Translations under genes and position numbers: made by a program | Shown here: positions 37,814 to 45,935 of the stretch, one piece after another | Numbering within the stretch: the stretch's first letter is position 1 | Layout of the letters: every line of letters starts with the position of its first letter | NCBI GenBank assembly: GCA_046497465.1 | Contig: JAWOFO010000016.1 | Span: 8,711-72,710, forward strand | DNA from: Desulfobia sp. | Lineage (GTDB): Bacteria; Desulfobacterota; Desulfobulbia; Desulfobulbales; SURF-16 | Length of the DNA stretch: 64,000 nucleotides | Reading direction: 5' to 3' | The notes under the pieces: generated by a model | The model's input: only the letters and a program-made list of their open reading frames with translations | What the model was told of the DNA's origin: nothing | The model's database searches: none

Positions 37814-37988
37814 CCCAGCCCGGTTACTTGTCCGGAAAAAACTGTCATAGTGCGGTGTATTGATTTTCTGTAATCGTTCACCAGCAGACTAAAATTTAAG
37901 TTTTAAGTTTTAAGTGGATATGTTAGGTATTGATCCAATAACAATTTAAAAACTTATGGTTTAGGAATTTATCAGATAGAGGGTTATC

Positions 37989-38453
37989 ATGAACATTAAA
38001 TCTACCAGACTTGATCGATTCAGTTGTTTTATTCTTGTTTTCTTTTTTACTGTTTCTCTGCCGATAATCTGTCATGCTGCTGAATATGTGAGCGTCGACC
38101 ATGACGGTATTCGTATACGTTCGGGCCCGAGTACAGACCATGAAATCTACTGGGAGGTCTTTAAGAATTATCCCCTGAAGGTCCTGGACCGTAAAGGGAA
38201 ATGGCTACACGTCGAAGATTTTGAAGGTGATAAAGGCTGGATCTACAGTCCACTGACCAATAAAAAAGATACAGTTATTGTCAAGGTGGATAAAGCCAAT
38301 ATAAGGGTTGGCCCGGGAACCAATTACGAAAGGACTGCTACCGCCCTGTACGGAGTGGTATTTACCAAACATAAAAAAGAAGGGGATTGGATACAGATAA
38401 GCCATAATGATGGGACCAAGGGCTGGATATACAGAGAACTTATCTGGCCTTAA
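37989..38453 (+). CDS. Secreted protein with two bacterial SH3 domains
   Basis: It has a signal peptide and two repeats of the ...IRSGPSTDHEI/...IRVGPGTNYE... + ..GW(I)Y pattern. Confidence 0.75.
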   Translation: MNIKSTRLDRFSCFILVFFFTVSLPIICHAAEYVSVDHDGIRIRSGPSTDHEIYWEVFKNYPLKVLDRKGKWLHVEDFEGDKGWIYSPLTNKKDTVIVKVDKANIRVGPGTNYERTATALYGVVFTKHKKEGDWIQISHNDGTKGWIYRELIWP

Positions 38454-38513
38454 GCAACAAATATGTATCTTCTCAATAAATCGGGAGAACTGCTTTATCC
38501 GGCACGGTAATGG

Positions 38514-38601
38514 ATTCCAGCTTTCGCTGGAATGACAGCTGGTTGCCTTGTTTCGTCATTCCGGCGAACCCCGGATCGGAGTCCGGGACAGACACCGGAA
38601 T
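38514..38601. repeat. Two ATTCC(N)GG-type hairpins (one nested) in a convergent intergenic region
   Basis: Hairpin 1 is ATTCCAGC-TTTC-GCTGGAAT (38514..38533). Hairpin 2 is ATTCCGG...CCGGAAT (38558..38601) and encloses CCCGGA-TCGGAG-TCCGGG (38570..38587). Confidence 0.6.
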
Positions 38602-38642
38602 CCAGAGGGCTTCCCCCTAATTATTGAGATGTTACACAAATA

Positions 38643-41600
38643 TCAAACATCAAGATGCTGAAAATTAACGGGACAGCGAACCAGGTGCCCAGCTTTATTT
38701 CGAAAGAGCAGGTAACGATGTTTGAGCCCGTACAGGTATAAATCACGGGTGATTTCCACATCCTTACGACAATACTCAATAATCTTATCTAGACGGCCTT
38801 CTTTATACCATTTAAGGGCAAGAAGGCCGTTAGCGCTTTTTTGGACACCCAGGGTACAATGCCCCAACAAATCAAGACTCAGCCGGTAGCCCAGTCTTTT
38901 TTTCACCTCCTCCAAAATATCCAGGGAAGGAAGAGCGGCCAGGGTAAAAGAGGTATAGCCAGCAAGGACCCGGTTATCAAAGCGTTTATTGTTAAATCCC
39001 ACTACCAAATCAAACTGCCTGATATGCTGGATCAGGCTGTCTATCTCCTGTTCTTTATAGATATGGTATTGATCATCACCACTGTCGTATAAGACCGCAA
39101 CACTGATCCCCATTTTCTCCGCCCGGTGCCAGCCCCCGACTTCTGAGGCAGAATGTTTTGTTTCCAGATCAAATACAGCGTATCGGGAATCCATCTTATC
39201 CCGCTGTTTTACATGAACCGATTCATTCTTCAGTAAATCCTCAGAACATCTTTGGCCACCTCCTTCGGTTTTGACTGGACATCCGTCATTTATTATTCCA
39301 TTAACCGTACCCGATGATGCCTTATGGCGAAAAAAATGGCTGTGTAGTCCATTCATAACCGTGGTATTAAGCCATCCTTCCCGGGCCAGCAAACCTTCCA
39401 AGATCTCCCTGGCCGCTTCTTTATCAATAGGGCGGTTGCCTGAGCCGCATCTCGGGGAATGAACACAGCCGGGACAGCCATTGTCACAGGAGCAGGAATT
39501 AATGGTCTTCAGTCCTTTTTGAAGAAGTTCTTCCAGCTTCAGAAAAGCACTCCGGGACAGGCCTATACCCCCCGGGCAGCCGTCATAGATAAAAATAGCC
39601 GCTTTATTCAGCTGGTGATTAAAAGGTTCAGAAATACCCCCCACGTCATTGCGATCACAAAGAACCAACAAAGGAAACAGCGAGATAAGAACATGCTCCA
39701 GGGCATGGATACCGCCCATGAAATGCATCTGCTTTTTTTGCAGCCATGCCTGAATCTCAACAGGAACCAAGAGCCAGAGCCCTTCGGTCTCAAAAATCTG
39801 GGGCGGCAGATCAAGAGATTGACAGGCTATGATTTTCTGGCCCCGCACCAGTTTCTGCTGGTAACCAGTCACCTGTTCGGTTACCCGTAGACGCCCCCGA
39901 AAGCCGAGGATATTCAGGATAGATGTACTTTCATATACTTCCAGAATCTCAGTAGTCTTTTCAGTCAGAGGCCGGGTAAACCAGGGTACATTCTGACGTC
40001 TGACCCGTACTTCCCTGTCATTCAAGTCAAGGGCTTTAACCACCCAGGTCTTACTGTTATGAAGATAAAGAGCTCCGGGATGGCACTCCTTCTGACAGCG
40101 ATAACCGTCTATCTCGCCTATAATTTTCTCCTTACGGTCTTCCCGGATAACAAAGGGGCTGCCTGAACCACGAATGTCTACCTCTTTATGGGGATATCTG
40201 CGGCCGGTAACCCATCTATCTCCCTCAGCATTAAGAAAAAGGCCGCCTTCGCTGGCCAGCTTCTCAACAGTATTCTCAGAGTTTTCTAAAATCGACTCAT
40301 TCACAGCAATAGGGCTTTCTGCAGCAGCGCACAGAATATGTCTACGGCTTATCACCTCGTTATGGGGATTCAAAACGGCATCTTCCACTTTACGTTCAAA
40401 AAAATCTTCAGGATGCTGAATAAAATGCTGGTCAAGACTGTCCTCCTGGGCAATCATAATAATCAGGCAGTCTCTTTGTCTCCTCCCCACTCGCCCGCCC
40501 CGCTGCCAGGTAGACATTATAGATCCGGGGTAACCCACCAGAATACAGATATCAAGGGAACCGATATCTATACCCAGCTCAAGAGCACTGGTAGATACTA
40601 CCCCCATTAACTCTCCAGAGGCAAGCCTTTCTTCCAGTACACGTCTTTCTTCAGGCAGAAAACCGGCTCGGTAAGCGGTCAGTTTTTCTTTCATAGACCC
40701 CAGCCTGGAAAGGGTCCGGGAGGCTACCAGTTCTGTAACTTTGCGGGACTGAGTATAGACTATGGTACGCAAACCTCTTTTAAGGGCTGCCTCCAGCATC
40801 TGACTAGCGGCAAAAGACGGACTGTCCCAGGGATCAAATAAAACAAAATGACGCTTTCCCTGAGGAGCACCACTATCAACAATCTTTTCCACAGGCCGGC
40901 CTATCAACCCCTCAGCCAACTCTTCAGGGTTGCCTATGGTGGCGGAAAAAAGCAAAAAACGGGGATCAGCGCCATGGAGATTGCATATTCTCTGCATTCT
41001 ACGAATAACCCAGGCCATATGCGAACCGAATACACCCCGGTAAGTATGGACCTCGTCAATAACAACATATCGGAGACGCTGCCAGAATAAGGACCAGTTA
41101 GCATGATATCCCAGTATGGAGAGATGAAGCATGTCCGGATTACTGATAAGAATATTGGGTGGATTCTCTCTTATTTTTTTTCTCTTATAAACGGAAGTAT
41201 CCCCATCGCAGACCGCTGCCCTGATATTCTGGCACTGAGTCAAACCGGCCACTATTTCTTCTACCACCCGTAACTGACTACGGGCCAGGGCCTTAAGGGG
41301 AAACAAATAAAGAGCGCCTGCAGCGGGGTCAACTATAATTTCCTCCAGAACAGGAATATTGTAAATCAGACTTTTGCCACTGGCAGTAGAGGTGGCCACA
41401 ATAACATCTTTATTATCACGGATAAGGTTTATGGCCCGGACCTGATGGCTGTATAACTCACTGACCCCGCAAACATGCAATACCTTTTCCAGCTCAGGAG
41501 ACAACTCCTGATCCAAATCACCATAAACAGGAGAAATCAAAGGGAAGAATTTGTGATAAGCAACTTGGGGACCAAACTTCTTAGAGGCCTTAAGGGAAGC

Positions 41601-41669
41601 CAGGTATTCATTAACATCTCCTTCCTGCACAATATTCCCCAGAGATTCTATTTTTGTTTTACCTTTCAA
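38643..41669 (-). CDS. DEXH-box helicase with DUF1998 Cys4 domain (MrfA/YprA-like) fused to a C-terminal DEDD/RNase-H-fold exonuclease (MrfB/YprB-like)
   Basis: Helicase motif I is TSTASGKSL, motif II is VVIDEVHTYRG and motif III is SAT. The DUF1998 region is CSCDNGCPGCVHSPRCGSGNRPIDK. The C-terminal 181 aa carry FDLET, VGFNNKRFD and YCRKDV exonuclease motifs. Confidence 0.85.
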   Translation of the reverse strand: MKGKTKIESLGNIVQEGDVNEYLASLKASKKFGPQVAYHKFFPLISPVYGDLDQELSPELEKVLHVCGVSELYSHQVRAINLIRDNKDVIVATSTASGKSLIYNIPVLEEIIVDPAAGALYLFPLKALARSQLRVVEEIVAGLTQCQNIRAAVCDGDTSVYKRKKIRENPPNILISNPDMLHLSILGYHANWSLFWQRLRYVVIDEVHTYRGVFGSHMAWVIRRMQRICNLHGADPRFLLFSATIGNPEELAEGLIGRPVEKIVDSGAPQGKRHFVLFDPWDSPSFAASQMLEAALKRGLRTIVYTQSRKVTELVASRTLSRLGSMKEKLTAYRAGFLPEERRVLEERLASGELMGVVSTSALELGIDIGSLDICILVGYPGSIMSTWQRGGRVGRRQRDCLIIMIAQEDSLDQHFIQHPEDFFERKVEDAVLNPHNEVISRRHILCAAAESPIAVNESILENSENTVEKLASEGGLFLNAEGDRWVTGRRYPHKEVDIRGSGSPFVIREDRKEKIIGEIDGYRCQKECHPGALYLHNSKTWVVKALDLNDREVRVRRQNVPWFTRPLTEKTTEILEVYESTSILNILGFRGRLRVTEQVTGYQQKLVRGQKIIACQSLDLPPQIFETEGLWLLVPVEIQAWLQKKQMHFMGGIHALEHVLISLFPLLVLCDRNDVGGISEPFNHQLNKAAIFIYDGCPGGIGLSRSAFLKLEELLQKGLKTINSCSCDNGCPGCVHSPRCGSGNRPIDKEAAREILEGLLAREGWLNTTVMNGLHSHFFRHKASSGTVNGIINDGCPVKTEGGGQRCSEDLLKNESVHVKQRDKMDSRYAVFDLETKHSASEVGGWHRAEKMGISVAVLYDSGDDQYHIYKEQEIDSLIQHIRQFDLVVGFNNKRFDNRVLAGYTSFTLAALPSLDILEEVKKRLGYRLSLDLLGHCTLGVQKSANGLLALKWYKEGRLDKIIEYCRKDVEITRDLYLYGLKHRYLLFRNKAGHLVRCPVNFQHLDV

Positions 41670-41691
41670 AAAAATTTATTAAATTAAATGA

Positions 41692-41850
41692 TTCAACTTT
41701 CCTGATTGATTTATCTGTATAATATAACGTGCAAATTTTTTAGTGAGGCAGAGGCACTTGACGGCTGGCATGTTTATTCAGGAACATTGCGCAGTATTTT
41801 ATTCGAAAATCGGTACGAATCATACGGATTTTGGTAAGCTAATTTCACGC
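41692..41850 (+). mobile_element. MITE-like element copy c, in the divergent region between the helicase and the HGD-D-like gene (far end degenerate, boundary approximate)
   Basis: It reads TTCAACTTTCCTGATTGATTTATCTGTATAATATAACGTGCAAATTTTTTAGTGAGGCAGAGGCACTTGACGGCTGGCATGTTTATTCAGGAACATTGCGCAGT... It starts 23 nt from the helicase ATG. Confidence 0.7.
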
Positions 41851-41909
41851 ATTTTGGAATCAGAATATTTTTTTATACCCTAAATCAGTTATAAGCCCAA
41901 AATATACTG

Positions 41910-42686
41910 ATGAAAATAAGAAACCAAAAAAACGGCTGTAAAAAAGCGGGAATCGTAGGAGTACCTCCTTTATCAGTAATTAAACAACTAAATGAATCAG
42001 GAGCAGTAATATATGATCTTGATGAACCCCGGGAAGGAATAAACATAAACAGGGCGGATACTATTCTTCCCCGGGTCTATTGCGCTGTAATCCGTACTGT
42101 TGTGGTTAATGCCCTATACCTGGATCTGGATATGATATACATGGACACCGGTGCCGGAAAATGTGACAGTTCCCTGAATACATCTTATATCCTGAATGAT
42201 ATCCTGAATATCCCGGTAATCAGAACCAGAAACCACGATAACACCCCTTATGGTTATCCTCTGTGCCGTGCCCGTATGCCTTTAATTGAAAAAATCAAAA
42301 AAATAACAAACCGGGTCACATCACCTGAATACCCTGATCGGCAGAAATATAAACCCTGCACACCATCGGCAGGATTCTGGGGTCCGCCGCCCCGGGATTT
42401 GTCCCTGTTAAAACCTTTTCCGGCAAACACGCATATTTACGGCTGGACCAGATGTATGGAAAATAAAACCCCGGCTGATATTGATCTCGAACTTCATTAC
42501 AATCCGGATATTCCCACAGTTTTTTTTGCCCAGTCTTTCTGTCCCAAAACAGGTATGGCTAAATTTCTGGCCTGCCAGCACCCCAGAGCCCTTTATCTGG
42601 ATGTGGATACCAAATGTGGAAGCAGCGCCAAAGCCAAAATAGAAGCCTTTCTGGAATTATCTGGTGTTCAAAATGATAATCGGTGA
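41910..42686 (+). CDS. Short 2-hydroxyacyl-CoA-dehydratase-family (HGD-D/BcrBC-like) protein, divergent
   Basis: The pattern GIVGVPPLSVIKQLNESGAVIYDL ... YCAVIRTVV..AL.LDLDMIY.DTGAGKCDS ... FFAQSFCPKTG follows the HGD-D layout. This was recognised by eye only. Confidence 0.5.
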   Translation: MKIRNQKNGCKKAGIVGVPPLSVIKQLNESGAVIYDLDEPREGININRADTILPRVYCAVIRTVVVNALYLDLDMIYMDTGAGKCDSSLNTSYILNDILNIPVIRTRNHDNTPYGYPLCRARMPLIEKIKKITNRVTSPEYPDRQKYKPCTPSAGFWGPPPRDLSLLKPFPANTHIYGWTRCMENKTPADIDLELHYNPDIPTVFFAQSFCPKTGMAKFLACQHPRALYLDVDTKCGSSAKAKIEAFLELSGVQNDNR

Positions 42687-43359
42687 CTTCGGTACATCCT
42701 ACTGCAAACTCCTGGAACTCGATTGCCCCCGGACCGTGCCTGAAATATATTCTATAAGAGAAATCTCTCATGACTTACAGGTTTCCATGGCAACCGGTCA
42801 TAACGGCAGACGCTTCAGTACTTGTTATACCAATGAACTAACTGCCCTGGCCCGGGGAGGAGAGGAACTTATCAAGGCCAGAGATTATGTTCTGCTTGAT
42901 TGCGGGAGCCGTGATATAAAATTTATCAAATACAAAAACGGTAAACTGGAGGATATGGGCTGGAACGCGGAATGCGGAGCTTCAATGGGCTTTACCATTG
43001 AACTCCTTGAAAGGTACTACAACCTCGACTACAGCCAACTACCTGTTCCTGACAAGGCATTTCCGGTGACCTGCGGGGTCTTGGGGATAAGCAGTATCTT
43101 TGATGCAGTCACCACCGGAAGCACCGAAAAAGAAGCCGTGGCTAAATTCATCAAGGGCATAGCCCTTAACGCCTATCGTTTTGCAGGCTCCCCTGAAGCT
43201 ATCTACCTGTCAGGAGGACTGTGTGATAACCCCCTTTTCGTAAACAGTTTTCCCTGCCGTCTTATCCCCCTTGGACGTTTTGTGCTGCTCACCGGACTTG
43301 TAAAAACTATTCGCCAAAAAAAGAATGGATTCAAAAAAAAAGAAAACAACCAGACCTGA
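42664..43359 (+). CDS. BadF/BadG/BcrA/BcrD-type ATPase (dehydratase activase-like), divergent
   Basis: ASKHA motifs are IGDFGTSYCK, LDCGSRDIKFI and GGLCDNP. Both cluster-ligand positions are retained (NAECGASMGF and VTCGVLGISSIFD). Confidence 0.6.
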   Translation: MFKMIIGDFGTSYCKLLELDCPRTVPEIYSIREISHDLQVSMATGHNGRRFSTCYTNELTALARGGEELIKARDYVLLDCGSRDIKFIKYKNGKLEDMGWNAECGASMGFTIELLERYYNLDYSQLPVPDKAFPVTCGVLGISSIFDAVTTGSTEKEAVAKFIKGIALNAYRFAGSPEAIYLSGGLCDNPLFVNSFPCRLIPLGRFVLLTGLVKTIRQKKNGFKKKENNQT

Positions 43360-43519
43360 CTGTTTTCAATGCCGCCACTTCTATATAACCCATGAACCGA
43401 CTCACCCTTATGGCTGCCTGGGAATGGGATTTAAATCACGTAGGCTGCCATCTACTGTAGTCTTTGAAATTTCAGAAATCGAATGTCAGCTCTTTACCAG
43501 AAAACCGACCTTCTCCTGA
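43325..43519 (+). CDS. Small Cys-rich protein (64 aa; CFQC...C...C)
   Basis: It overlaps the activase-like gene by 35 nt. The pattern CFQCRHFYITHEPTHPYGC..MGFKS...PS.VV recalls a conserved small-protein family. Confidence 0.4.
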   Translation: MDSKKKKTTRPDCFQCRHFYITHEPTHPYGCLGMGFKSRRLPSTVVFEISEIECQLFTRKPTFS

Positions 43520-43532
43520 CCCTATACCTATA

Positions 43533-43706
43533 TCAAGTACTTACTTCCTTGTGCTCTTCGTGGCGACTAGTTACCTTTTCCTCTTCATCACGGTTAAGCC
43601 TGATTAAAAAACCGCATTTCCTACAGGGAAAAAATTTTTTATCCGGATCAATGTCTTCCAGACTAAAAGAATACCTTTCTCCACACTCTTCACAAAAAAC
43701 AAGCAT
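43533..43706 (-). CDS. MJ0042-type zinc-ribbon protein (57 aa; below the ORF-track cutoff)
   Basis: Hand translation gives MLVFCEECGERYSFSLEDIDPDKKFFPCRKCGFLIRLNRDEEEKVTSRHEEHKEVST. GGAAGAGG precedes the ATG, which lies 22 nt after the upstream gene's stop. Confidence 0.55.
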   Translation of the reverse strand: MLVFCEECGERYSFSLEDIDPDKKFFPCRKCGFLIRLNRDEEEKVTSRHEEHKEVST

Positions 43707-43728
43707 AACTCTACCTCTTCCCCTACCT

Positions 43729-44652
43729 TTATTGGACTCTGGCTATCTCTTCCCGTATCGCCTTTCTCAACTCTTGGACTATTAAGGAAGTAACTTCCCG
43801 GGAAAACTGATCAACTATTGCATCAAGCTTTTTATCAGATTCATCCTGAGGGGAACTGCCAGGTCCAGACTCCGACTCTTCCCGGCCTTTAAGGTTTTTC
43901 TTTTCCCGCAGTCCAAGCTTTTCTCCTATCTGGGCTTCAAGTTCAGTTTCAGTGGCACCAAAAATATTAGCAACCCTCTTATCGTTATCCTTCCCTCCTA
44001 ACTCAAATTCAACTACATCTTCCTTTTCTTCAGCAGCTTCCCCGATATCCTGTAATTTTTCAGGCTTAGCTGCCTGATCCTGCGCCTCCTCTGCAAAAAA
44101 ATCATCCAGAAGCTCTTCCGCTTCCGGGAAAGACTGGTCCTCAAGTCTGGTTGAGACAATCTCTCTCTCTTCTCTTTCTGCAGACCCCCGTTCCGCACTT
44201 ACAGCGGAAGCAACAGGCTCACCTCCGGTCGATTGGGGTTTGGGCTTTTCTTTCTCCGAAATTTTTCTCTCTGTTTTTTTTGCTTCCCCGGTAATCTCTC
44301 CCTTAAGACCATTGTACTTCTCTAGCTCGACACGAACCAGATTAACCCTGTCAGCCTCAGTCAGGTTATCATTGCTGTCTATCTCCTCCAATATCTTAAA
44401 TACACTGGAAAGGAGTTTGACCGCCTCAGGATGCGCCTTATGCTTGGCTCTTTTAACATAATAGCCAACATTATCTATAATTCTAAGACAGACTAAATGG
44501 GGTTTTCTATCCTTCCATTTCTCCTTCAAAAAAGAGATAACTGAAGATAACTTATCCAGTGACTGGTCTGAAATCTCCCAATCAAGATCAAAAATAACTT
44601 CTTTTAGTTCTTTAAGAGAAACAGGTCTATCAGCATCAACTCGAGAAGCCAC
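43729..44652 (-). CDS. Acidic protein with structured N-domain and long Glu/Asp-rich disordered region (307 aa)
   Basis: It lies 14 nt downstream of mglA. No family was recognised. The compositional bias is EEAQDQAAKPEKLQDIGEAAEEKEDVVEFE. Confidence 0.6.
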   Translation of the reverse strand: MASRVDADRPVSLKELKEVIFDLDWEISDQSLDKLSSVISFLKEKWKDRKPHLVCLRIIDNVGYYVKRAKHKAHPEAVKLLSSVFKILEEIDSNDNLTEADRVNLVRVELEKYNGLKGEITGEAKKTERKISEKEKPKPQSTGGEPVASAVSAERGSAEREEREIVSTRLEDQSFPEAEELLDDFFAEEAQDQAAKPEKLQDIGEAAEEKEDVVEFELGGKDNDKRVANIFGATETELEAQIGEKLGLREKKNLKGREESESGPGSSPQDESDKKLDAIVDQFSREVTSLIVQELRKAIREEIARVQ

Positions 44653-44666
44653 AGGTAACCTCCTAC

Positions 44667-45272
44667 TTATTCCAATTCCTTACGAAAAGCGGCCATAGTA
44701 ATTGAGATTATTTTTTTCAGGGTGGGCACAACATTATATCCTGTCAAACCACTTGCCTCAAAAGAATGGGTTTTCAGTTCACTGTTTAAATCCCGATCAA
44801 TCTCTTCAAAGGATAGCAGGTCCACTTCCTGATCACGCAGATCACACTTGTTATACTGCATAACCAAAGGAATATTAAACATATCCTTATTATGAGTGCC
44901 CAGATTTTCCTGCATCTGCTCAAGAGACTTGATATTGGCTTCCTTTCTTTCCCTCTGCAGATCGGCTACAAACACAATACCGTCAACACCTTTCAGAACC
45001 AGTTTTCTGGTGGCATTATACTTAACCTGTCCAGGCACAGTGTAAAGCTGAACCTTGATCTCAAAACCATGGATTTTACCTAGATCAACCGGAAGAAAGT
45101 CAAAAAAAAGGGTTCTGTCTCCCTGAGTCTTAATGCTGACCATATCAGTATATAAACGGTCCTTATACTTCTCGTTTATATATTCCAGATTAGTGGTTTT
45201 CCCTCCACGCCCCGGACCGTAGTAAACTATTTTGATCTGAACCTCTTTCTTTTTCACATTTATAAAGCCCAA
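44667..45272 (-). CDS. mglA: MglA-type Ras-like GTPase
   Basis: GPGRGGKTT (P-loop), GDRTLFFDFLP, YTVPGQVKYNATRKLVLKGVDGIVFVAD and QYNKCDL closely follow the MglA signature. Confidence 0.85.
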   Translation of the reverse strand: MGFINVKKKEVQIKIVYYGPGRGGKTTNLEYINEKYKDRLYTDMVSIKTQGDRTLFFDFLPVDLGKIHGFEIKVQLYTVPGQVKYNATRKLVLKGVDGIVFVADLQRERKEANIKSLEQMQENLGTHNKDMFNIPLVMQYNKCDLRDQEVDLLSFEEIDRDLNSELKTHSFEASGLTGYNVVPTLKKIISITMAAFRKELE

Positions 45273-45276
45273 CTTC

Positions 45277-45666
45277 TTATCCCTCCCAAATCTCTCTGAT
45301 TCTCTCTATTACCTCATCTGTTTTTAAACGGATAAATCCAAGAGAAGTTTCATTACCGAAAACGGAAATAAGAAGCAAGTCATCGCCAATTTTACTAAAA
45401 TGAATACTCTCAGTCTCCCCTCTGTGAAAATGAAGAGAAAATTTATGCTCCCCCACAATCTCCGCCATGGCATCTACTGCAGCAAAATTACCCGCAGCCA
45501 GGGCGGCAAAGGCAGTGATATCCCAATCCAGTTGTCCGTTGTCATGCTGGGCAATAATATTACCGGCCATATCCACCACAATGACACAATCTATACCAAT
45601 GGCAAGCAGCTCCTGTTTAAGAACAGAATCGATCTCTTGCAATTGTTCTTGAGAAACATTGTACAT
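45277..45666 (-). CDS. mglB: Roadblock/LC7-domain protein (MglB-like GAP)
   Basis: The 129-aa protein lies immediately upstream of mglA. Its Roadblock-like pattern is VIVVDMAGNIIA...AALAAGNFAA. Confidence 0.8.
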   Translation of the reverse strand: MYNVSQEQLQEIDSVLKQELLAIGIDCVIVVDMAGNIIAQHDNGQLDWDITAFAALAAGNFAAVDAMAEIVGEHKFSLHFHRGETESIHFSKIGDDLLLISVFGNETSLGFIRLKTDEVIERIREIWEG

Positions 45667-45935
45667 GACAGGATCCTTAGTAAAAGTTTAGGGTTCAGGA
45701 ATCTTACTGGTCCACATTCTACCTCAGCTTGACTCAATACACAAGTGGCTCAGCCTGATAAAAGCATTGAAGCTGCAAAGTTGTCCTTGAATTAGTTATC
45801 AGTTTTGTGGTAATTAAAACAGTTCAACTCAACCAGTCTCTATTGCTCCTTATTTTGTTGATAGCTAAAAGCTACTTGACAAATTCTGTAAAAATGGACA
45901 GGTGCTAACTGGCAAAAAGCCCTGTAAAAATAATA

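Noticed and set aside
41769-41882. A short ORF starting ATGTTTATTCAGGAA (MFIQE...) read from the promoter-like MITE end
   Set aside because: Its length differs wildly between copies (7, 9, 15 and 37 codons) and it has no SD. This is consistent with non-coding sequence.
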